DNA of 59,863 bases, counting the filler. It is 5 parts of 5 records of this genome, joined end to end, with 100 filler letters (N's around TTAATTAATTAA, not from the genome) between each part and the next. Parts side by side here need not be neighbours in the genome. Positions count along the whole stretch, not along the records: positions 1 to 13,651 come from SRR2962707_2701; positions 13,752 to 29,686 come from SRR2962707_2702; 3 more parts are not named here. One strand, written 5' to 3'. This document shows positions 12,701 through 20,370 of the stretch, piece after piece. Numbering within the stretch: position 1 is the first letter of the stretch; the number at the start of each line of letters is the position of its first letter. Both the position numbers and the translations under genes were made by a program. Below the pieces are notes generated by a model. The model did no database searches. It was not told where the DNA came from and saw only the letters and a program-made list of their open reading frames with translations.

Positions 12701-12953
12701 CCACTTCAAACCTTAATTGACTCAGAAACTGGTGGCGGTCCAGGCCGACGCGCTCATAGGCGGCCTCCGGTGCCACATTGACGAACACTTCACCGGGATC
12801 AACACCGCGACTCTGATTCAGTGATATTTCTGCATCCAGTGGCTCGTTCAGCCAGGACTGGAGCTCAATTTCTCCAAGTCCAAGCGCCTGAGCCATTCCA
12901 GAGCCGAGCCCTCCCGCCAGCGCCAGGGCAACCGCAAGCTTGCGTACCTTCAT
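9780..12953 (-). CDS. fimV: FimV/HubP polar landmark protein
   Basis: Signal peptide then LGLGEIEL.SWLNEPL, LysM-like DTLWTIA...NINRLKRGEVLRIP, coiled coil, TM helix, acidic region, C-terminal TKLDLARAYIEMGD. Confidence 0.95.
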   Translation of the reverse strand: MKVRKLAVALALAGGLGSGMAQALGLGEIELQSWLNEPLDAEISLNQSRGVDPGEVFVNVAPEAAYERVGLDRHQFLSQLRFEVVTGTDGNLAINVSSRAPVREPYLNFLLELTWPNGRLMREYAVLVDPPVYAEESGIEEQVSAPATTATRQQPARSQESVRRQAAAEGSVSRGYQADTFGPTGPSDTLWTIAQQVRPDGSVSMQQVMLAIQDQNPNAFIGGNINRLKRGEVLRIPSLDQIRSRSRAEANRVVAQQNQEFQSPRTVDATDTARAAAVQGATQAAAGDELRLLVADESESRSTEDGGSAGGDGDLPGGVDAGSAVALEELEAAKRENDELNTRVQDLQDQVETLQRLLELKNSQLADMQGMVSEEESPAPTDTGVTESDAEPATTPVEGDLGAGTGEEPVSDGQSDEAADGESADTAMAEEDSAMAPDEADIAGEEPFGGDVDAGAADEVVAEQPAVTEQESSSEPEPAAVPQAQQPKPLQPVTAPEKAFPGNIIDGILNNPMYQIALGGGLILLLLLLLLVARRNANREKEFYDQLNSDEGEGGDSFDLSLEDEDEAEAEAGDAIAEAETYVAYGRHDQAAQVLENAISREPSRTDLRLKLLSVYADNQDRDAFEKQYREVEALDDEAAIQEAESLRERLAEAEAMPSIDDLEFQLRSDSFGSQPEQEPATEHASDDWDISDELKADEFEATSEPADENEFGELESDVSKESDGRDDMIEYDLSGIGEEPESEDESATETDYASLDLDSGLDEATGTSESKEEDFSLDFESAFEDDALAGSDEPSLETDEAEPVEADQSGTVSDQEDDLELGFDLDDDLEPTEEEPVKPEDTEVSDLDLESDSLDESFLDELDAELDKVAGEDEDPSELELGESDLDDLELDVSDEDLALMEEFSDNGEPAGPQEDEPSLEDELGLEDALSESEGDEPGVDQQNPEELAEQTEEVAEAEPAPEELEDEVVPVASDSLDEGSTRSDSGLDIDESALDDEDDFDFLAGTDEAATKLDLARAYIEMGDSDGARDILEEVALEGSEEQKAEAQELLKNLS

Positions 12954-13169
12954 GCTTATTCCTTTCCAGTCTCCGTTATTCTTTACTGCCGTATCTCAAC
13001 AGAATCGGACGAGGTTGGATGACTTTCGCCTTGTTATTTCTCGTTTTTATATCGCAATTATACCGTTCGGTTTGGCAAGTATTGTTGATAAAACCCGTTT
13101 TATCAATCAATCAGCTGCAATCCTTGCACCGTTTTTTTATCTATCGGGCGGAACTCCTTAGCGCCCTTG

Positions 13170-13210
13170 AAAATAACAGGGGCGGACGCTGAAATCAGCC
13201 TCCGCCCCTG
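13170..13210 (-). terminator. putative intrinsic terminator after asd
   Basis: Inverted repeat CAGGGGCGGA/TCCGCCCCTG (13177-13210) followed on the minus strand by TTATTTT. Confidence 0.6.
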
Positions 13211-13266
13211 ACCGGCTTGCAAAAAACCGGACACAGTTGGCATTAATTACCGCTGTGTAACACTTT

Positions 13267-13651
13267 TTAACGTTCCTGAAGGATTCGCAGCATCCGACGC
13301 AGCGGTTCTGCAGCACCCCACAGCAACTGGTCACCCACCGTGAAAGCGGAAATGTATTCCGGCCCCATGGACAACTTGCGAATTCGACCAATCGGAATAC
13401 TCAGTGTGCCGGTCACTTTCGCCGGAGTGAGCTCCTGCATGGTGGCATCGCGATCGTTGGGAATAACTTTCACCCAGTCGTTGGCCTTGGCCAGAATGCC
13501 TTCAATTTCGGAAACTGACAGGTCTTTCTTCAGCTTGATGGTCAGCGCCTGACTATGGGAACGCATGGCGCCAATGCGCACGCAGATACCATCGATAGGG
13601 ATCGGGTTGTCACTACGACCCAGAATCTTGTTGGTCTCGACGCCCGCTTTC
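13267..13651 (-). CDS. asd: aspartate-semialdehyde dehydrogenase (5' truncated at contig end)
   Basis: ETNKILG...[33 protein letters not shown]. Confidence 0.95.
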
Positions 13652-13751
13652 NNNNNNNNNNNNNNNNNNNNNNNNNNNNNNNNNNNNNNNNNNNNTTAAT
13701 TAATTAANNNNNNNNNNNNNNNNNNNNNNNNNNNNNNNNNNNNNNNNNNNN
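13652..13751. other. artificial contig spacer
   Basis: N-run with central TTAATTAATTAA (stops in all six frames). Confidence 0.99.
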
Positions 13752-14000
13752 CGACGAAACCGCGCGGGTGTTCGCCTGGGGAAAAATATTCAATCATTGA
13801 TGGGATGGTCCTCGTTGTGTCGCTTGTGGGGATCGCGCCAAACCCAAGCGGCAGATTGACGATTCAGAGACGTTCCTGTGCGTCCTGCGCGTTACACCTC
13901 CTTCAACCGCGCCCCGAGTATAGCATTTTCGCTCGCTTCCCAATGGCCATACCGCCTAGTGAGCCCCAGCACCAGAAAATGCCACCGTGAGGTGTCGGGT

Positions 14001-14036
14001 TTTTCCGTTGTCGCAAGACAAGGCGATGGCAGCATG
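14001..14036 (+). promoter_or_regulatory. ICE transfer-operon promoter-like motif, copy 1
   Basis: TTTTCCGTTG-N17-GGCAGCATG upstream of TIGR03757; same architecture at 19910-19945. Confidence 0.55.
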
Positions 14037-14066
14037 CAGGGAACCCCATCACCCTGTGTCCGTGCC

Positions 14067-14492
14067 ATGTCTCGACCTTTTCATTTCCGATATCTGTTGG
14101 CTGCCACCCTCTGCGTCAATGCCATCCTGACGCCGGCCTACGCCGGCATCGAGGTCTTCACCGTCGCCACCGAGCCCATGACGTCCGTCCCCGACGATGC
14201 CGTGGTGGTGGAACTGGACGCCCCGGCCCGGCTCGACGGCGCTCTGTCCATGGATCTACCCACTGATCCCGACGCCGCCGCTCAGGCCGCACAAGCACGC
14301 ATGCGCTCCGAGGACTGGCAGCACGTATTTAAGGAATACGGACGGGCCTACGAAGCGGTGGCCCGGGCCTGGCAGCTCGGCATCGAAAAACTCCCCGCCG
14401 TGGTGGTGGACGGCACCTATGTGGTCTATGGCGTCCATGATGTGGCCCAGGCTTTACAGCGTATTAAGCAGGCTCGGGAGAACCGTCCATGA
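14067..14492 (+). CDS. integrating conjugative element protein, TIGR03757/DUF1525 family
   Basis: Signal peptide, ELDAPARL, ARAWQLGIEKLPAVVVDGTYVVYG; an alternative in-frame ATG lies at 14034. Confidence 0.88.
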   Translation: MSRPFHFRYLLAATLCVNAILTPAYAGIEVFTVATEPMTSVPDDAVVVELDAPARLDGALSMDLPTDPDAAAQAAQARMRSEDWQHVFKEYGRAYEAVARAWQLGIEKLPAVVVDGTYVVYGVHDVAQALQRIKQARENRP

Positions 14493-15517
14493 TTTCAATT
14501 GCGTCAATGTCGCAACACGTCGCCCGTCAGGTACGGCTCGCTCTTTGCGGTCTGCTTAGCGCTATGGGCTTTTTCAGTCTCCTCGGCACCGCCGCACCGG
14601 CCCGCGCCGTGGACACTGCATCCATCGTCCAGTCCGCTTGGTCCCAGGACTGTCTGCAATATCGAGTGGTCGGGGTGTGTCTGTGGCTGCGCTGCACGCC
14701 GTTTGGCTGTTCGGTGCGCAGCAGCGTCAAAGTGGGCCACTACATCCCGGAGTTAGTGGTTAGCAGCTATCAGAACACCGGAAACAATCCCTGGCGGGAC
14801 GTGGCGTTCATGAGCCCCTCCAACGGCAATGCGCGCGGCGGTGGCGTCACCGCCGAGGGCGCGGACGCGGCCAGTTCCATCGGTGAGGAGGGCATCCATA
14901 ACAGCCTGCGTTTCAAAAACGGGGATGCCATTGGCCACCCGGCCTCGACCGTATTCAGTCAATTCGCCGGGCAGTGGGGCTATACCTGCTCCACCCCGGC
15001 CCGGCCGTTACAGCCCTATTTCCTGTCCGTGCTGGACACCTACGCCTGGCGCGAAGGATTGCCTGAAAAAATCTATCCCCAGGCGCTGACACCAGGGCTG
15101 CGCGAGGTTCGTCAGGGGCTACTGAACCGCTGGGGCAATGTCTATCCGCGGGCCGGGTTCGTAACGCAATCCAACGATTACAAAGCCGCCGCCGTGGTGG
15201 CCCAACGGGTGGCGGATCTGGTCACCCGCAACGGCCAACCGCACGTCTATACGCCGCTGGTGCCCCGAACCCGCAGCTCTCGTGGCGTTTGGGCGCCGCC
15301 CCCAGTCAAGGAAGGCGATAAGGACACCCACAAGTGGCAACGCCTGACGCCGGCCATGACCCAGTCCTGCGCGGTCTTCCCGGATCGCGGGCCCGCCGCC
15401 TCGTTCCGGGGGCACCTGGCTCAACAAGGCGACTACGCCTGGGCGCTGTGGCGACCGTACAGCTGCTGCAAGAAACGCGGACAGAAACTCCTTTCCCATA
15501 CGGGAGATTACCCATGA
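14489..15517 (+). CDS. integrating conjugative element protein, TIGR03756 (TraU-like)
   Basis: CLQYRVVGVCLWLRCT.FGC.V..SVKV.HY.PELVVSSY, WGNVYPRAGF, YAWALWRPYSCC; ATGA overlaps on both sides. Confidence 0.92.
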   Translation: MISIASMSQHVARQVRLALCGLLSAMGFFSLLGTAAPARAVDTASIVQSAWSQDCLQYRVVGVCLWLRCTPFGCSVRSSVKVGHYIPELVVSSYQNTGNNPWRDVAFMSPSNGNARGGGVTAEGADAASSIGEEGIHNSLRFKNGDAIGHPASTVFSQFAGQWGYTCSTPARPLQPYFLSVLDTYAWREGLPEKIYPQALTPGLREVRQGLLNRWGNVYPRAGFVTQSNDYKAAAVVAQRVADLVTRNGQPHVYTPLVPRTRSSRGVWAPPPVKEGDKDTHKWQRLTPAMTQSCAVFPDRGPAASFRGHLAQQGDYAWALWRPYSCCKKRGQKLLSHTGDYP

Positions 15518-16941
15518 GGACCTTGAGTGTGATCTTAAGTCGGGCGTTGGCGGGGACAGTACCCGCTGCGTTTTTGGTGGTGATGCTCTTCCCCGCCCCT
15601 GGTCGGGCCGAGTCCGCGGACAGCCTGTATTATCAAATCGGCGGCGCCTCGCCGGTGGCGATTTCGGCCGGGCGGGGCCACCAGCCCGGGCAGATCGGCC
15701 TGGGGCTGCGCTGGAACGCTAACGCCAGTTGCGGCAACTTTGATCCCAAAATCACGGTTCGCAATCAGTTGAACGGCGCGACAGACGGATTCCGGTCCAT
15801 GATGGGCAACATCGTCCGTAATGCGCAGGGCGCGGTTGCCAGTCTGCCCGCCATGATCATTCAGCGGGCGGATCCCGGGCTCTATGACCTGGTCACCAAC
15901 GGTGTGCTGCAGGGCAAGGCGGATTTCAGCAAAGCCAAACTGTCCTGTCAGCAGATGGCCGAGAAAATGGGAGACATGATCCCCACCAGCGGCTGGCAAC
16001 GCCGTGCCGTGGCCGAAAACTGGCAGTTGGCCGCCATGGCCTCCACCGACGCGGTCCGTGCCGAGGAGCGCGTGGAAGATGAGGCCGGCAACCGGGGCAC
16101 TACCTGGGTGGGCGGCGAAAAACGCGGCGGCAGCGGTCAAGCACCGATTCGAGTCATGAGCGACACGGCCACCGCCGGCTACAACATCCTGCACGGCCGC
16201 ACCAATACCACGGATACCTCCCCGGTCAGTGGTGGTGGGGGCGGCTGGGGCTCCGTGCCCACGGATGACGGTAACTGGGCTGGAGGTGGCGGTAATGGTG
16301 GTGCCGGCGGAGGCGGGTCCGCCTGCCGGGGTGGCATGTGCACCGTTTGGGGCTCACCCCAGGAGGCCGCGCAGTGGATCAGCAAGGTGGCGGGCGAGGA
16401 AGTGCATCGCACCTGCGATGGGTGCGAGAAAGTCACCACCGAGGCCGGTGCCGGCCTGATGCGCGATCTTGAAGACGAACAGGAAAAGCTCGCTCAGGAT
16501 CTGGCCAATATGGTCAATGGCTCAACACCGACCACACCGGAGAATCTGCGCAAGGTCTCCGCCGGACCCGGTTTGTCCGTATCACGCGGGGTCATCGAGG
16601 CGCTGAAAACCGACCCAGAAGGTCCTCTCTTGGTTCATCGCCTGGCGGGCGAGATGGCGCTGGCCCGTACCCTGACCAAAGCGATCTGGGCACGACGGCT
16701 GCTGTTGGCGGGCGCCAGCGAACCCGGGATCTCCGATAACGAGGAAGGTCAGACGGCGATCGATCGGCGCCTGCAAGTCCTGGATCGGGACATTGATTCG
16801 CTTAAGACTGAGATGGAAGTGCGTCAGGCTCTGGCCCGTAACGCGGCCAGCACGGCGATTCTGCGACGCTCGGGGTCCGCACGGACTGGGGCGCCGGAAT
16901 CCGGCGATGCCCTGCCCGATCCGCTGGAAGCCCTGAAATGA
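15514..16941 (+). CDS. integrating conjugative element protein, TIGR03755 family
   Basis: LYYQIGG, CGNFDP..TVRNQLNG, SLPAMIIQRADPGLYDL.TNG, SRGVIEAL; ATG overlaps the previous stop. Confidence 0.92.
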   Translation: MRTLSVILSRALAGTVPAAFLVVMLFPAPGRAESADSLYYQIGGASPVAISAGRGHQPGQIGLGLRWNANASCGNFDPKITVRNQLNGATDGFRSMMGNIVRNAQGAVASLPAMIIQRADPGLYDLVTNGVLQGKADFSKAKLSCQQMAEKMGDMIPTSGWQRRAVAENWQLAAMASTDAVRAEERVEDEAGNRGTTWVGGEKRGGSGQAPIRVMSDTATAGYNILHGRTNTTDTSPVSGGGGGWGSVPTDDGNWAGGGGNGGAGGGGSACRGGMCTVWGSPQEAAQWISKVAGEEVHRTCDGCEKVTTEAGAGLMRDLEDEQEKLAQDLANMVNGSTPTTPENLRKVSAGPGLSVSRGVIEALKTDPEGPLLVHRLAGEMALARTLTKAIWARRLLLAGASEPGISDNEEGQTAIDRRLQVLDRDIDSLKTEMEVRQALARNAASTAILRRSGSARTGAPESGDALPDPLEALK

Positions 16942-17311
16942 CCACACACCAGAGCTATCGATGGGGCGCTCTTACTCAGGCTATTCACGCGACCAAAGCA
17001 TCGCCATCTTAAAAAAGCTTTAGCTTTATCGGGACGGGGCAAAGCCAAGCATTACCAAACAACTTTACCCACCTACCACTCCCCGGTGTCGCGGAGCCTC
17101 CGAGTGACCTCCCCATACTCCGGTGGTTCCCTACATCGGGATCGCTAAGCCACAAAAATGTCACCTGTCATTTCATTATTAAGAAGGAAAATATTTGTTT
17201 TTCAAATCAAACCCAAGAAACAAGTAAGAATTGTAATTATTAACATTTCTGCAATTTCATTATTCAAATATTTCCCACTCCAACAAATCGCGCATAAATA
17301 AGGAGATTCAA

Positions 17312-18793
17312 ATGCGCCGGCTATTTTTAATTCTACTGACGCTCATATCTGCAACGGCATTCGCCGCGGACAAAACCCCAACTTTTATTGGGTGTAACGA
17401 CTGCCAGTCTCTATCTAACGCACAAGACAAAGCATATCTTGAGATAAAGAAAAGCTACTCGGTCACAGGAAATGCCAGGAAATTTGAGTATTACGGATAC
17501 AACATTTCCGAGACCTACTATGTCTTCAACCGCGCCACATCAACTGTTTATCCGTTAAGCACAAGCTGTGGCCCGTCTATGAGAGGGCAGGAATGGGCGG
17601 AGTGCAAAATCCAGGAAGACCCTAGATTGCAGACAAGCGATCCTCTTGGCATCTCCATAAGCAATTTAATTGGAAAATATAGAGACACCTTTCTTTGCAG
17701 CGACTGCAATTCCTTTTCTGACGCCGCGTATGCCGCTTTCATTCGAACCGAAACCATTAGTACCGTTATCGGCGAGTACTACAACTATGGCAGCTGGCAG
17801 CCTCCGAGAACGACTTATTACCTAGTTCTCGATATAGTCAACAAGAAAGCATATCAGGTAACCCAGCAGTGTGTTGAGATGACACAACCAAACCACTATG
17901 GCTTCAAATCCAGTTGCGGATTTAGTGCCCGCTTGGAAACAAATCCATACACCACCGATCTGGCGGAATCGCTTGGACTTCTCCATGAAAATGGCGCCAT
18001 TATCTACCAAGCGTTAAAAACTGAATCTGAAGGCAATTTGATAGCGCGCGCAATAAGCATCGACATATCGAACCAAGAAGTTCCTGCCGCTGTTCTGCCA
18101 TCCGCATGGGACCTGGTAGGCGCGAACTACAACCAGAACATGGTTATAGATTGGTATAACAACAAGACCGACTATTTCGCCCAAATAGAGTTCACCGGAT
18201 GGAGACTTTTAGAAGGGCTGGGCTTCATTGAAGGCATCCGCGTCCCCCTTAGCTTTTCGGACGGATCAACGGCCTGGTTTTCCGTAGATTCCGCACCAAC
18301 AGGTAATTTCGGAAACATTCCAATGAGTTCGGATGGTGCCTTTCTTGTTGGCAAAGATACTGACTTCAATTCAATCTTCGCGGAGCGTAGTGACTACAGT
18401 GGAACAGCATTCAAATTTTCAAGCGGAGGGCGGGATGCCTTTCTTAAATTTGTCGACGCGCTTGGGAGAATCAGTGGCGGCCCTGTACTGTACGAAGGCG
18501 TAACCAAGGAAGGTATCGAAAGTGGAAAACCGGTTTTAGTCTTCGGAATGGTAGGCGGAGGCGTTTCTATCAGGTATGTCAGATCCACCGACAACCCTCA
18601 GAATCCAGGTAACAATGGGGGCTCATTTGACTTCGGTGGACTTGCTCCTGGTGAATCCGACTACGGCTGGCCAGATGATTTCTACTATCCGGAGTTTCCA
18701 GATTACAACACGCCGGAGTACGACATAGATGTTGGTCCAGCCACAGTGACAGAAGAATGGTATGATTGTTACACAGACCCCCAATGCAAATAG
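17312..18793 (+). CDS. hypothetical secreted protein with two CxxC-containing repeats
   Basis: AAGGAG RBS, Sec signal (…ATAFA|AD), visibly lower GC than the flanking ICE genes; no family recognised. Confidence 0.75.
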   Translation: MRRLFLILLTLISATAFAADKTPTFIGCNDCQSLSNAQDKAYLEIKKSYSVTGNARKFEYYGYNISETYYVFNRATSTVYPLSTSCGPSMRGQEWAECKIQEDPRLQTSDPLGISISNLIGKYRDTFLCSDCNSFSDAAYAAFIRTETISTVIGEYYNYGSWQPPRTTYYLVLDIVNKKAYQVTQQCVEMTQPNHYGFKSSCGFSARLETNPYTTDLAESLGLLHENGAIIYQALKTESEGNLIARAISIDISNQEVPAAVLPSAWDLVGANYNQNMVIDWYNNKTDYFAQIEFTGWRLLEGLGFIEGIRVPLSFSDGSTAWFSVDSAPTGNFGNIPMSSDGAFLVGKDTDFNSIFAERSDYSGTAFKFSSGGRDAFLKFVDALGRISGGPVLYEGVTKEGIESGKPVLVFGMVGGGVSIRYVRSTDNPQNPGNNGGSFDFGGLAPGESDYGWPDDFYYPEFPDYNTPEYDIDVGPATVTEEWYDCYTDPQCK

Positions 18794-18805
18794 GTCAGAT
18801 ATAGC

Positions 18806-19006
18806 ATGCAAGCACAAAGCATATACCAACTAATCCTTATACTGGTCGCGCTCCTTTCTATTGGACCGATGATCGGCGCGGTGTTGCTTGCAAAGAAGAA
18901 AACATCGACACCGAAGACGACTATATTTGTGTGCTTTATACTTTGTTTCCTTCCACCACTGCCGTATATATACGTAGCCATATTGTCCCTTAAGAAGGAT
19001 ATCTAG
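18806..19006 (+). CDS. small two-TM membrane protein
   Basis: 66 aa, two hydrophobic helices separated by KKK, 12 nt after the upstream stop. Confidence 0.6.
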   Translation: MQAQSIYQLILILVALLSIGPMIGAVLLAKKKTSTPKTTIFVCFILCFLPPLPYIYVAILSLKKDI

Positions 19007-19108
19007 ACCAATCAGGACAGGGGGACCTCTTCCCCTGCCCTGCCACGCCGACGCACATTCGATCTCTCTTGCCTTTGTTTGGTAATATGTTTCATCGCCA
19101 CCACATAC

Positions 19109-19140
19109 GGAAAAAGCGGCCCCATTTCTGGGGCCGTGGG
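19109..19140 (-). terminator. intrinsic terminator
   Basis: Minus strand CGGCCCCA-GAAA-TGGGGCCG-CTTTTT. Confidence 0.7.
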
Positions 19141-19350
19141 GTCAGGCTCGATAGGAAATAAAGGAAAAGTCATGAACGCCATGACGCCTATCGGTCATGC
19201 GGGATCGCACTTTACCGATATGGCAAACCAAAATATGACGCAATCCGTTCCAATCTGCAACGTTCACTAAATCCAGGCAGACACAGCCAAAAACCATGGC
19301 GTGCTATGTTCGCGTCTCAGTAATCGAGTAATCGGATTCAAAAATGCGAG

Positions 19351-19778
19351 TCAGTCCTCTGCATACTGCAAAAGAACCGGGGCGATCAGCGTACACCCCT
19401 TCCAGCCCCAATAGATCCGGTGATGTTGGATTTCGCCCTCTCGAATCTCCATGACCTCAACGAGATCAATCTGGTCACCCTCGTCCGTTTGTCGGGGGTA
19501 CTCCCAAATGAGGGTGTCCCCTTGGCTGAACCAGACATCCGTGCGATACCAGCGCACCAGCGGATTGGGGCACCGGCGTGCGCCCTCATCCAGGAAACGC
19601 TTGATTGCCGTCGCCCATGCAAAATGCCCTCTGGCATGTCGTCCAAAATGGCTGGGACCAGAGGGCTCTCCAATATCGCATCATCCGCGTAAAGGGCGAT
19701 CAGCGCCGCCTGGTCCGAGGTACTGGCAGCACGGTGCCATTCCGCCCAGATACGCTCATGGTCCGCATTCCCTGTCAT
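19351..19778 (-). pseudogene. SnoaL/NTF2-like protein, frameshifted near 19610
   Basis: N-half LIALYADDAILESPLV...GILHG continues in another frame as TAIKRFLDEGARR..LVRWYR...WEYPR...DLVEVMEI..GEIQHHRIYWGW; GGAGG RBS. Confidence 0.8.
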
Positions 19779-19833
19779 TCCCAAACCTCCGGTTAGCGCA
19801 CTAGTTCATCAGGGAAACACTATCTCGGGACTG

Positions 19834-19848
19834 TGACAGGTTCTGTCA
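19834..19848. promoter_or_regulatory. palindromic operator TGACAG-GTT-CTGTCA
   Basis: Perfect 6-bp inverted repeat about 55 nt upstream of the SnoaL start. Confidence 0.5.
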
Positions 19849-19909
19849 GGAGTATCTCAAGAGCCGATTACCGTATTCCATATCGTAATTCTCACACGCC
19901 CCGTTTGAA

Positions 19910-19945
19910 TTCCCCATTGATCCGAATCGCACCGCGGGCAGCATG
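19910..19945 (+). promoter_or_regulatory. ICE transfer-operon promoter-like motif, copy 2
   Basis: TTCCCCATTG-N17-GGCAGCATG upstream of the traG block. Confidence 0.55.
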
Positions 19946-19980
19946 GTCAGCATCGTGATTGTCAGACACCGGATCCCGCC

Positions 19981-20370
19981 ATGCCTGAACGCCCCGCCTG
20001 GTACCACCCTGCTCGTTGGAGCCACCTGTCCCGCTGGACGCTGTTTTTGAGCCTATGGGCCATCCTGCTTGGCTTGAGCTTGGCGGTGACCACCATCGGC
20101 AGCCTCCTAGCGGGTGGTCTGCAGGAATGGCATGCCCTCATGACCCGCCTGACGCCGTGGTGGGTGGTCTGGCGCTTGGGGCTTTATCTCGTTATAGGGG
20201 CACTCTACTGGCGCCGGTGGCGGCCCAGGATCCTGGACTCCGTCGCCCGGGATCAAGATGGCGGTGCCGCCGCGCGATACCGTCTACGCCGCAGTGAGCG
20301 GGCTGTTGTGATCGTTATCGCCACCTTGGAGTTGTTCAACATTCTGTCTTACGCCGGAGGTACCCAATGA
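19981..20370 (+). CDS. ICE membrane protein upstream of traG
   Basis: WRLGLYLVIGALYW..WR...RLRRSE motif typical of this position; ATGA coupling to traG. Confidence 0.75.
   Translation: MPERPAWYHPARWSHLSRWTLFLSLWAILLGLSLAVTTIGSLLAGGLQEWHALMTRLTPWWVVWRLGLYLVIGALYWRRWRPRILDSVARDQDGGAAARYRLRRSERAVVIVIATLELFNILSYAGGTQ

Noticed and set aside
1-13651. Novelty in contig 1
   Set aside because: Canonical asd-to-metZ gene order with no insertions or disruptions seen.
13696-13707. TTAATTAATTAA palindrome recurring four times
   Set aside because: Artificial six-frame stop linker inside the N-runs.
13752-13850. Start of a divergent gene (MIEYFSPGEHPRGFV) with an upstream hairpin at 13821-13850
   Set aside because: Only about 15 codons remain before the contig end, too little to assign.
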